In this document: in pieces, positions 44,124 through 52,968 of the stretch
Numbering within the stretch: position 1 is the stretch's first letter
Layout of the letters: every line of letters starts with the position of its first letter
The notes under the pieces: generated by a model
The model's input: only the letters and a program-made list of their open reading frames with translations
The model's database searches: none
What the model was told of the DNA's origin: nothing
Program-made: the position numbers and the translations under genes
Assembly (NCBI GenBank): GCA_030693205.1
Contig: JAUYBG010000011.1
Coordinates: 56,793-120,792 of the forward strand
Length of the DNA stretch: 64,000 nt
Direction: 5' to 3'
From: a bacterium
GTDB taxonomy: Bacteria; Patescibacteriota; Minisyncoccia; JAHIHE01

Positions 44124-47087
44124 TTATTTAACAATCACGCTCTTTCTTCCGCTTACCGCTTCGTTGCCCCGCTTATCAACCGCCTTTGCCCAAACCTCAT
44201 AAGACGTTTTTTCCAGCATATCGATCGGCCAAACTATTTGATACAAAGCTCCGTCCACGATCGGCATAACGTTAATTATTTGAATTACGCCTGTTCCCGT
44301 CCTTTGATAATAAAAATCCACGCCTCCCACGCCGCTTCCGCTATCAGTGGCTGTGGCGCTTACAAAACAATCATATCTTCCGCAAATCGGTTCTTTTACG
44401 GAAATTTCCGGATTGAGAAAATCGAGATCAAAGATCACGTTTACAGTGTCGGAGGTTTCAATATTTGACCTGTCGAAAACTTTTACGGAAATTTTATGAT
44501 TGCCGTTTTGGCTGTTTTTATTCAGAGGCAAGCTTACCTCCCAAGGCGCGCTGGACCTGGTCCCGATCAAACTATCGTCAAAAAAGAAATTGGCCTGATT
44601 TATTCCGCTCGTGGAATAAATACTTGCCGCGATTTTTAAACTGGAACCGGAAGAAGCGCTATCCGTCATCGGTCTAATCGTTTCGCCGTTAAAAGGCGCG
44701 ATAATGGAAACTTTCGCTTTTTCAAAATTAGGAACTTCGCAATATTCCGTGGGAGGGGTTTCATTTTTATAACCATTGGTGGCAGCCCATTCCATAACCG
44801 AATTTTCCCAATTATTATACTGCGGGTCTATCTGGGGATTAGCCGGGATCGGGCCAAGAGGATCTTCCTTGTCGACATAAAACAAAATATTATGCGCCAG
44901 CTTATAACTTCTCGGCTCCACTCTTTCAATGGCAACGTCCGGCTTGGCTAATTTATCGCCGCAAGCTCTGTCAATAAGCACGGTTATTCCGCCGTCAAAT
45001 TGCCCATCCAGCATGCTTTTTCCGGTTATCGGAATTTCAGGCTTAACGAATTCTTCCACCGGCGTATCTTTTAGCGCGCGATCCATAAAATTACGCCAGA
45101 TCGGAGCCGCCGCCGAAACGCCGCCGGCGCGATTCATCTCAGAATTATCATTATTCCCCGCCCAAACTCCGGCCACCAAGCTCGGCGTATAACCGACTGT
45201 CCAAGCAGCGCGATAATCGTTGGCTGTTCCGGTTTTAGCCGCCACGGGACGATTGGGAAAAAATAGCGGGCTGGCCGCGCCAAACATCGGAGTTCGCGCT
45301 TCATTGTCAGAGAGCACATCAGTAATTTCTCTGGCAATATTTTTATCCAAAACTTCTTTGCCGGGATTGTCAGCGGTATTATCTTCCAAAACAGTGCCAT
45401 CGCTTGAAACAACTTTTAAAACCATCTTGAGGTCTTTTTTTATTCCTTCATTGGCAAAAACTCCATAGGCGGCAGTTTCTTCCAAAAGTTTAACTCCGCC
45501 TCCGCCCAAAACCAAAGAAAGATTTGAGTCTCTTTTTTTGTCTATGGAAATTATTCCGAAATCATTGGCGGTCTCGATGCTTTTATCCATACCCGCCAGA
45601 TAAAACGCTTTCACTGCCGGAATATTAAGAGACTGGGCCAAAGCGTTTCTTACTGAAATCGGGCCCCTAAATTTCAAATCGTAATTATCGGGATGATAAC
45701 AATCTTTCTCTTTTATTCCCGAAATAATAGGAGCATGAAGCGGATCGCAAGCAATATTGAATTCGGTTTCCAAATCAAATAAAATCGTGTTGGACGTGTA
45801 TCCTTTTTTAAATAAAGCGGCGTAAACGAAAGGCTTCAGTGAAGACCCCGGAGAAAGCATAGAGACAGCGGCGTTTGTGTTCGGATCAAATACGCAATTT
45901 TTTCCCGGCGTACACCCTTCCGGCAAAGACGCCGGCGCAAAATAATCTTTTGACCCCACCAACGCCAATAAATATCCGGTTTTGGGATCAACGGCAACCA
46001 AGGCGGCGTTGCCAACTTTGTATTTCTTGCTATTTTTTTCAACCCCGCTAAGCACTGCATCTTCCGCAATTTTTTGCTTTTCCATATCAAGCGAAGTGGT
46101 TATATTTAAGCCTCCTTTTTCCAGAACATTGTCGCCATACTTATCGGCCAAATATTCTCGGACCATCATTACAAAATGCGGCGCGATGATTTTATCGTTG
46201 AAAGGCCGCACTTTTTCCAAAGCATTCTCTTCAATCCCCGCTTTTGCTTCTTCGCCACTAATAAACCCCTGCTCTTTCATGTCTTTTATGACTTTTTCGG
46301 CGCGAGTTTTCAATTCCTCACGGCGAGTTCCGTATGGAGAATAATAGGTTGTCGCTTTAGGCAATACGGCTAATATTGAAGCCTCGCCTACAGTCATATC
46401 CTTGGCGGATTTTCCAAAAAAAGTTTGGCTGGCTGCTTCAGCCCCATAAGCATTTGAGCCATATGGGATTTGATTCAAATACATTTCAAATATCTGGTCT
46501 TTGGAAAATTTTCTTTCCAACTGAAACGCCAGGATCCATTCTTTGATCTTGCGGGTATATGTTCTCTCTTTACTGAGAATGGAGTTTTTAATCAGCTGCT
46601 GGGTGATAGTCGAACCCCCTTGCTGCATATCGCGCGCCGCAATACCCCGCCAAAGTGCTCGGGTAATGCCTTTTAAATCAACTCCTTCGTGCGAATAAAA
46701 ATTCTTGTCTTCCGTCGCGATTGTCGCGTTTTTCAGATAAGGAGAAATTTGACCAATCTTGACAACGGTCCGTTTTTCCTCGCCATGCATTTCATAAAGC
46801 AAAATCTTGCCGGTAGCGTCGTATATCTTGCTCGACTCCGTCACTTCTCGGTTCCTTAAACTGGACGGATCAGGAAGATCTTTGGAAAAATAAAGAAAAG
46901 CTCCGGCGCCGCCGATTAGCGATAAAAAAAATAAAACTATCGCCGAAATCAGCAAAGTTTTTACAATGCCTCTTTTTTTTCTGAGGCCGAAACCGCGAGA
47001 AGGCCTTTTAAGCGGATTAATATTCAAAAAGAACCCGCTGTTCGTTGATGATGAGCCTCTGCTGGGATATCTTTTTCGTATTGCCAT
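44124..47087 (-). CDS. Class A penicillin-binding protein (transglycosylase/transpeptidase) with C-terminal Ig-like domains
   Basis: EDKNFYSHEGVD, GGSTITQQLIKN, RKIKE, YLNQIPYG; SSLK (SxxK), SLN, KTGT; start at MAIRKR (ATG 47087). Confidence 0.96.
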   Translation of the reverse strand: MAIRKRYPSRGSSSTNSGFFLNINPLKRPSRGFGLRKKRGIVKTLLISAIVLFFLSLIGGAGAFLYFSKDLPDPSSLRNREVTESSKIYDATGKILLYEMHGEEKRTVVKIGQISPYLKNATIATEDKNFYSHEGVDLKGITRALWRGIAARDMQQGGSTITQQLIKNSILSKERTYTRKIKEWILAFQLERKFSKDQIFEMYLNQIPYGSNAYGAEAASQTFFGKSAKDMTVGEASILAVLPKATTYYSPYGTRREELKTRAEKVIKDMKEQGFISGEEAKAGIEENALEKVRPFNDKIIAPHFVMMVREYLADKYGDNVLEKGGLNITTSLDMEKQKIAEDAVLSGVEKNSKKYKVGNAALVAVDPKTGYLLALVGSKDYFAPASLPEGCTPGKNCVFDPNTNAAVSMLSPGSSLKPFVYAALFKKGYTSNTILFDLETEFNIACDPLHAPIISGIKEKDCYHPDNYDLKFRGPISVRNALAQSLNIPAVKAFYLAGMDKSIETANDFGIISIDKKRDSNLSLVLGGGGVKLLEETAAYGVFANEGIKKDLKMVLKVVSSDGTVLEDNTADNPGKEVLDKNIAREITDVLSDNEARTPMFGAASPLFFPNRPVAAKTGTANDYRAAWTVGYTPSLVAGVWAGNNDNSEMNRAGGVSAAAPIWRNFMDRALKDTPVEEFVKPEIPITGKSMLDGQFDGGITVLIDRACGDKLAKPDVAIERVEPRSYKLAHNILFYVDKEDPLGPIPANPQIDPQYNNWENSVMEWAATNGYKNETPPTEYCEVPNFEKAKVSIIAPFNGETIRPMTDSASSGSSLKIAASIYSTSGINQANFFFDDSLIGTRSSAPWEVSLPLNKNSQNGNHKISVKVFDRSNIETSDTVNVIFDLDFLNPEISVKEPICGRYDCFVSATATDSGSGVGGVDFYYQRTGTGVIQIINVMPIVDGALYQIVWPIDMLEKTSYEVWAKAVDKRGNEAVSGRKSVIVK

Positions 47088-47293
47088 AAAAACATAATTG
47101 ATACATAAACAATAATAATAATACAACAAAAACGAAGCTTTGACAACAAGTTAAGCCATCCGCTCTGTCAGCTTGCTTTGAATCAATAATTATGATAAAT
47201 TGGAGTCATATTAACTCCGCCAGTGGGCGGATCAGCATATGAACATAATGCTAAAAATAATCTCGGGTTTTGTTAAAATATTAAAATAAATTT

Positions 47294-48496
47294 ATGCCAA
47301 AAATTATCATTGACGACAACAAGATCAAAGAGCTTTTAACTCGCGGGGTGGAAGAAATTTTTATCCGTGAAAGCCTGGAAAAAAAACTGAGAAACGGAAA
47401 AGAACTCAGGATCAAGCACGGCATTGACCCAACCGGAGAAAAAATACATCTTGGCAGAGCTTCCCTTCTCTGGAAACTCCGACAATTCCAGGAATTGGGA
47501 CATAAGATCGTGCTGATAATCGGAGACTTTACCGCTCAAATCGGCGATCCTTCGGACAAGCTGGCAAAGCGCCCGTTCTTAAGCGAAGAACAAATAAAAA
47601 AGAATATGGCCAATTACAAAACACAAGTCGGCAAGATTTTAGATATGGAAAAAGTAGAATTGCGCTATAATAGCGAATGGCTGGCAAAACTGACCTTCCA
47701 GGAGATCGGACAGCTGGCGGAAATTTTTACCATCCGGCAAATGATGGCCCGCCGGAATTTCAAAGAGAGAGATGAGAAAGGCGAAGAAGTAAGCTTAAGA
47801 GAGTTTTTATACCCATTAATGCAAGGATATGATTCCGTCGCGATCAAGGCGGATGTCGAGATCGGCGGTTTTGATCAATTGTTCAATTTGAAAGCCGGGC
47901 GCGAAATACAAAAATTTTACGGCCAAAACCAGCAAGATATTATGACAACCCAAATGCTGGAAGGAACTGATAACCGCAAAATGAGCACCAGCTGGGAAAA
48001 CGTCATAAATATTTCCGATAATCCGAATGAACAATTTGGAAAAATTATGTCGATGAAGGACGAGCTGATCCTGAAATATTTTCTTCTTTGCACGCAAATT
48101 TCACGAAAAGAAATATTATTGATAGAAAAAGGGATCGTGAGCGAAAAACTTAATCCTCGCGACACCAAAGTCCGCCTGGCCAAAGAAATCGTCACAATGT
48201 ATCATGGAGCCGCCGAAGCGGCCAAAGCGGAAAAAGAATTCAATAAGATCTTCCGCGACAAAGGAGTGCCAAGCGAAATGCCGGAAATCAAGATCAGCGA
48301 AAAATCCCTGGCAATTCTGGATCTGCTGGTAAAAATAAAACTCGCTTCTTCAAAAAGCGAGGCCAAAAGATTGGTGGAAGGCAAAGCCGTGGAAATCGAT
48401 AGCAAAATTATTTCTGACTGGAAAACGGCAATTGAAATTAAAAGCGGAATGGTGATCAAAGCTGGAAAAAGAAAATTCGCGAAAATAATTTTATAA
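47294..48496 (+). CDS. tyrS: Tyrosine--tRNA ligase
   Basis: GIDPTG.KIHLGR, YPLMQGYDS, GGFDQLFN, KMSTS, C-terminal S4 domain. Confidence 0.98.
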   Translation: MPKIIIDDNKIKELLTRGVEEIFIRESLEKKLRNGKELRIKHGIDPTGEKIHLGRASLLWKLRQFQELGHKIVLIIGDFTAQIGDPSDKLAKRPFLSEEQIKKNMANYKTQVGKILDMEKVELRYNSEWLAKLTFQEIGQLAEIFTIRQMMARRNFKERDEKGEEVSLREFLYPLMQGYDSVAIKADVEIGGFDQLFNLKAGREIQKFYGQNQQDIMTTQMLEGTDNRKMSTSWENVINISDNPNEQFGKIMSMKDELILKYFLLCTQISRKEILLIEKGIVSEKLNPRDTKVRLAKEIVTMYHGAAEAAKAEKEFNKIFRDKGVPSEMPEIKISEKSLAILDLLVKIKLASSKSEAKRLVEGKAVEIDSKIISDWKTAIEIKSGMVIKAGKRKFAKIIL

Positions 48497-48521
48497 TAAA
48501 CAAATTTTTATCATCATTTAT

Positions 48522-48546
48522 AAAACAGGGCTATTTGCCCTGTTTT
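48522..48546. terminator. Bidirectional terminator between tyrS and the radical SAM gene
   Basis: aaaacagggc-tattt-gccctgtttt. Confidence 0.85.
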
Positions 48547-48580
48547 AATTTATATCCTACATAATACCTTTTAATATCAT

Positions 48581-49420
48581 TTAAACCGCATTATACCGTA
48601 ATAATAACTTTCTAAATTCACTAGTATTTTCTTTTTGTTTTAAGATGGAATTATCATCTATTGTACCCTGTTTAATATGGCATTTTATATTATTTTTTTC
48701 ACAAAATTTTATAACCTTATAGGCGGAATCATTATAAAAAGTTTTGTAATCTTTAAAATAGCCAACCATGCCATTATAATTCCATTTGCCAAAAACTATT
48801 TTATCAACAAATTTTATCTCTCTTAAAATTTCTTCTATATCTTGCTTGATAAAATTCGGCGTAGGATATGGCTCCATACTTACCCAAGTTTTTAATCCGC
48901 TGTCATGCAAAAATTTTAATGCCTTAATTCTCTCTTTAATTGGCGCGGCAAAAGGCTCATGCTTTTTTTTAAAATCTTCCAATAAAGATACTATTGTTGA
49001 ACCATATTCATTATCAGCTCCATAAATTTCTTTTTTTACCAATTGTTTCGGATAAATGCCTTTGCTTATGCAAACCGATTTTATATTATCTTTATTTAGT
49101 CTCTCAGTAACTTTTAAACTTAAATCACAAATTTCTTTTTGCTTATACATAAAAGGGTCCGTTGCAAAACATAAAAAAACATATTTTATGTCTTTTTTGT
49201 ATTTGGGAATTTCTTTGTCCAACAATTCCAAAGCATTACTAACAATTTTAGGCTTTAACCATTCTTTATAGCTGTTAATAATTCCACAGCGCTTTTTCAT
49301 CATCATCGCATAGCAAGGATATGTGCATCCATGAGAACATCCTTCGACATGATTTAAGCCATAGTCAGCATATTCCACACCGCTTTTGTATAAAAGTGTT
49401 TTGCGAGTGATTTTTTGCAT
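48581..49420 (-). CDS. Radical SAM protein related to the SPL/DUF5131 groups, CX3CX3C motif
   Basis: LNHVEGCSHGCTYPCYA, CFATDPF, ERIKALKFLHDSGLKTWVSMEP, IVFGKWNY. Confidence 0.85.
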   Translation of the reverse strand: MQKITRKTLLYKSGVEYADYGLNHVEGCSHGCTYPCYAMMMKKRCGIINSYKEWLKPKIVSNALELLDKEIPKYKKDIKYVFLCFATDPFMYKQKEICDLSLKVTERLNKDNIKSVCISKGIYPKQLVKKEIYGADNEYGSTIVSLLEDFKKKHEPFAAPIKERIKALKFLHDSGLKTWVSMEPYPTPNFIKQDIEEILREIKFVDKIVFGKWNYNGMVGYFKDYKTFYNDSAYKVIKFCEKNNIKCHIKQGTIDDNSILKQKENTSEFRKLLLRYNAV

Positions 49421-49434
49421 AAGATTATGCGTTA

Positions 49435-50583
49435 TTAAAAAATAATGATATCGCTATTGTCAATACCACCCTTTCGTGTTCTTCCATTACCATCTATTTT
49501 AATTATACCACTTTTTTCAAGTTCTTGTAATATCTTTTTAATCCCACTTTCCAAAAAATCACATTCATCAATAATTAAATTTAATAAACTGCCATAAGAA
49601 ATCTTTTTACGTTTAAGCTTACTTAATAAATTATCAATAAAAATTTCTCTTTTTTGATTTTTTTCCAAAGGTTTAAATAATGATTCTTGTTTAAAACCAT
49701 TTCCTTTATATTCTAAATCTCCAATATTAAACTTAGCAAAACTATCCTTAAACCTAATACAGCCTAATTGATGATTGCAAAGATGAAAAAGATAATAATA
49801 TGGCATATCTTTATCTGGAAAACTTAACCTGAACGGATATACAAATTTAGCCTTCCCATACTCCTTGCACTGCTTCCTAAACAAACTAACTAAATATCTT
49901 TCTTTTTCATCTGTCCTTTTACCTATATATTTTTTCCACTCTTTACAGCCAAATAAATTATCGTAATGAATTTGCAATTTAGGATTAGGATGACTAACCC
50001 ATCTTTGAATTGCATTATACATAAAATTTATAATTATTTCCGATTTAGGTTGTTTCAAAATTCTTGCAATTGTTTCCATTTTTACTTGAGAAAAACCAAA
50101 AGGATCAATCAAAAAAAATGTTGGAGCCAGTGATTTCACTTCTTTCTCAAAAGAATCTAAAATTCTATTGATTTCTTGATCAAAATTCCCTTCTATAAAT
50201 TGAATATTTTCAGTATTTACTTTGTTGTACCCTAGAACTTCCTTTAAGTTTTGTATATTTCCCTTATCTTCATCTATAATAACAATGCTGGCTTTACCGA
50301 TTTTACTATTTTCTATCAACTTCTTAATTTGCAAAGCAGCCACAACGGGAGAACCAAAATTATTAGATAAATATTTATTAGCTTCAATATCTTTTTTAGT
50401 GTGATATGCTCCTATTCCCCCAAAACCATCAATGTAATTTAGTCCCTTATTCCATTTACCCAATATTTGCAACCATTGAGGAAAATAATAACTAAGAACC
50501 CTATGCTTCATTTTTGTTTGTTCTTCGTACTCCCATGTTTTAAATGGAACATTATTCCATGATTTAGATTCTTGTTTCGACAT
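49435..50583 (-). CDS. tcmP: Three-Cys-motif partner protein TcmP (SAM-dependent methyltransferase-like fold with C-terminal wHTH)
   Basis: TKMKHRVLSYYFPQW, YIDGFGGIG, GSPVVA, TFFLIDPFG, SEIIINFM, LFGCKEW, YYLFHLCNH.LG; ATG 50583. Confidence 0.85.
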   Translation of the reverse strand: MSKQESKSWNNVPFKTWEYEEQTKMKHRVLSYYFPQWLQILGKWNKGLNYIDGFGGIGAYHTKKDIEANKYLSNNFGSPVVAALQIKKLIENSKIGKASIVIIDEDKGNIQNLKEVLGYNKVNTENIQFIEGNFDQEINRILDSFEKEVKSLAPTFFLIDPFGFSQVKMETIARILKQPKSEIIINFMYNAIQRWVSHPNPKLQIHYDNLFGCKEWKKYIGKRTDEKERYLVSLFRKQCKEYGKAKFVYPFRLSFPDKDMPYYYLFHLCNHQLGCIRFKDSFAKFNIGDLEYKGNGFKQESLFKPLEKNQKREIFIDNLLSKLKRKKISYGSLLNLIIDECDFLESGIKKILQELEKSGIIKIDGNGRTRKGGIDNSDIIIF

Positions 50584-50588
50584 AAATA

Positions 50589-51230
50589 TTATTTTGACCA
50601 ACTTACTATTGGCTTCTTAATAACATATTTTACAACACCATTTATTAAAAACCTATCCTTCTCGTGAATAAATATAATCGGATGATTTTCCGTTGATTCC
50701 GAAAATAATGATATTGTTTTATTTTTTGAATCCATTGAAAACCTTTTTATATTTGCACAGTCATCGATTATAGACAAAACATAGTCTCCATTTTGAGGTT
50801 GTCCGCCATAATCCACAATAACATAATCACCATCTTCAATATTTTGTCCTTTTACATTGGCTTTATTCATCGAATTACCAGAAGCTTTAACGGCTAACAT
50901 TTTATCGCCAACTTTTATTATATTTTTTGATACTCTTATGTACCCCGAAATTTTTTCAACAGCAAAAATTGTTGCTTCTCCGCAATTTGCTTCTCCTAAA
51001 ACAGGAATGGTAATAAATAATCCTTTTTGAACTTCGCCTTCTTTCATCCTTTTTATACCCCCGGTCTTTTTATCAATTACTATAAACCCATTTTCTTCTA
51101 ACTTTTTTAAATGATAAGAAATTTTAAAAGGATGAGGCTCGCCCACCAACCTACCAATTTGTCTTAAACCGTCTCGTTTTAAGTTTATTTTATCCGCAAG
51201 ATTAAATAATTTTTGTTGTACATAATGCAT
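50589..51230 (-). CDS. LexA-like repressor (wHTH + S24 peptidase)
   Basis: RQIGRLVG..HPFKISYHLKKLEENGFI; cleavage site ANCG; catalytic GNSM and IKR. Confidence 0.88.
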   Translation of the reverse strand: MHYVQQKLFNLADKINLKRDGLRQIGRLVGEPHPFKISYHLKKLEENGFIVIDKKTGGIKRMKEGEVQKGLFITIPVLGEANCGEATIFAVEKISGYIRVSKNIIKVGDKMLAVKASGNSMNKANVKGQNIEDGDYVIVDYGGQPQNGDYVLSIIDDCANIKRFSMDSKNKTISLFSESTENHPIIFIHEKDRFLINGVVKYVIKKPIVSWSK

Positions 51231-51258
51231 ATATATCGTTTATTTTATTCTACTTTTA

Positions 51259-51328
51259 GTATATTATTTCTCTTGCTACTTGTCAAGTGCGTAAACTCAT
51301 TGACATCTGTTTATATATCTGCTAAAAT
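51259..51328. promoter_or_regulatory. Divergent promoters for the lexA-like operon (-) and DUF2188 (+)
   Basis: Minus TTGACA-N17-TATACT; plus TTGACA(51300-51305)-N17-TAAAAT; acttgtcaagt near-palindrome over the minus -35. Confidence 0.72.
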
Positions 51329-51421
51329 GCGCTGTAGAAAGTGCACTCTTACTAGTTCCTTAGAAACTAGCCAATTAACCTAATCTGAATCTAAGGTGAA
51401 GATTAATAACCTATAATTGCT

Positions 51422-51643
51422 ATGTCAAAACAGGTCTTCATTAGCCCTTCTGACGAGGGCTGGAAAGTTAAAACTGTTGGGGCTGAAAGAGCAGCCGGAA
51501 TTTTTGAAACAAAAGCAGAAGCGGTTGAAAAAGGAATTGAAGTAGCCAAAAATAGCCAAGCGGAACTTCTAGCTCAAAACCTAGATGGAACTATTGGCTG
51601 GCGCAACTCCTACGGCAATGATCCTCGTCGCTCCCGGGGATAA
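51422..51643 (+). CDS. DUF2188 domain protein
   Basis: GWKVKTVGAERAAGIFETKAEAVEKG.E.AKN...EL...DG.I..RNSYGNDP...RG. Confidence 0.92.
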   Translation: MSKQVFISPSDEGWKVKTVGAERAAGIFETKAEAVEKGIEVAKNSQAELLAQNLDGTIGWRNSYGNDPRRSRG

Positions 51644-51656
51644 ATTGCAAAATAAT

Positions 51657-51686
51657 AAAAGGATAAGATCGCGACTTGTCCTTTTT
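51657..51686. terminator. Bidirectional terminator
   Basis: aaaaggataag-atcgcga-cttgtccttttt. Confidence 0.75.
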
Positions 51687-51780
51687 AATTTTTATTATTT
51701 TCAACAATTTTAATCTCCTCCTCCATCAATCCATACAGTTCATAAACCTTTTGGTCAATAATTTTATCGGTCAAATTGCT
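51685..51780 (-). pseudogene. C-terminal remnant of a Type IIG/TaqI-like restriction-modification methyltransferase
   Basis: Translates SNLTDKIIDQKVYELYGLMEEEIKIVENNKN*, matching the ID..VY.LYGL..EEI..VE tail of these enzymes. Confidence 0.72.
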
Positions 51781-52065
51781 TTAATCCAATTCAACATCGA
51801 TCGCGCCATCTCCTCCTTCGGATATTTTAGCGTTAGAATATTTTAAGCCCTTACTTTCAAGGGCTTTTTTAATATATTCGCTCAATACCCCTCGTCCGCT
51901 TTCCGAATGCAAGCCTTTGCCTGTGATTATTCTTACTTTTTTATATTTCTTGTTTTCAGCATCTTTTAAAAAATTGCCCAGAGCAATATTGGCTTCATTT
52001 TTGGTAAACCCGTGCAAGTCAATTTCCGCCTGTATTTTTTCTAAATATTTATTTTGATGCTTCAT
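51781..52065 (-). CDS. Stand-alone Smr/MutS2 domain protein
   Basis: EIDLHGFT..EA, VRIITGKG.HS, GGDGAIDV. Confidence 0.93.
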   Translation of the reverse strand: MKHQNKYLEKIQAEIDLHGFTKNEANIALGNFLKDAENKKYKKVRIITGKGLHSESGRGVLSEYIKKALESKGLKYSNAKISEGGDGAIDVELD

Positions 52066-52083
52066 TTGTTTAAATCTATTCTT

Positions 52084-52968
52084 TCATGTTGCTTCACTCG
52101 CCATCCATGCCGCGCCGAGAGCAATGGCATTTTGTCCAAGTTTTGAAACCACGATCGGAGTTTTAGCCAAAACCGGCAAAAAAACCTTCTTTTTTGCGTA
52201 TTCTTTGGCTTTGTTGATAATCAAATCCACTTCCGATAATCCTCCGCCAAGAACGATTATTTCCGGATTTAAACTTTGAATTATATTTGCCAAAAGTATG
52301 CCTAAAGTTTTCGAAACAGCATCAGTTGCCATTAAAGCGCTAAAATCTTTTTTTTGGGCCAAATCAACGATCTGAAAACTGTTTAAAATTTCTCCGGTAA
52401 TTTTTTTATAAACATTAACCAACCCTGTCCCCGAACTTATTAACTCGAAGTCTTCTTCCTTGCCAATCTCGCCTATTCGCATATGCCCAAATTCTCCGGC
52501 AAAATTGGCAGCCCCCCGATAGATCTTGCCATTGATTATTATCCCGCCTCCTATACCAGTGCCAAGGGTCAAAAATACCGCATTTTTCTTTCCCTGCGCC
52601 TTGCCAAAAGCACTTTCGGCAAAAAGAAAACATTTGACATCATTGTCAACGGCGACTTTAGTTTTTACTTTTTTTTCAAGATCTTTCTTAAATTCAATTT
52701 CGCCCGTTCTCAGCCGCGGCCCTTTTATCGCTATGCCTTTTTTATAATCCACCGGTCCGCAAAATCCGATTCCAATGCCGCCGATTTTATATTTTTCCGC
52801 TAAGTTCATAAAATTTTTCTCAACCATTTCCAAAATTTCCGCTTCTACCTTCGGGGTCGCAACCTTAATAGCTTCTAAAATCTTATACTTCGCTCCTTTA
52901 ATTTGCACCGTTAAAAAAATTGTCTTAGTCGCGCCGACATCAACGCCGAGATAAATATTTTTACTCAT
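52084..52968 (-). CDS. ROK-family sugar kinase (probable glucokinase)
   Basis: GVDVGATK, VDNDVKC..FAE, LTLGTGIGGG, AGEFGHM, IIVLGGG. Confidence 0.92.
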   Translation of the reverse strand: MSKNIYLGVDVGATKTIFLTVQIKGAKYKILEAIKVATPKVEAEILEMVEKNFMNLAEKYKIGGIGIGFCGPVDYKKGIAIKGPRLRTGEIEFKKDLEKKVKTKVAVDNDVKCFLFAESAFGKAQGKKNAVFLTLGTGIGGGIIINGKIYRGAANFAGEFGHMRIGEIGKEEDFELISSGTGLVNVYKKITGEILNSFQIVDLAQKKDFSALMATDAVSKTLGILLANIIQSLNPEIIVLGGGLSEVDLIINKAKEYAKKKVFLPVLAKTPIVVSKLGQNAIALGAAWMASEAT

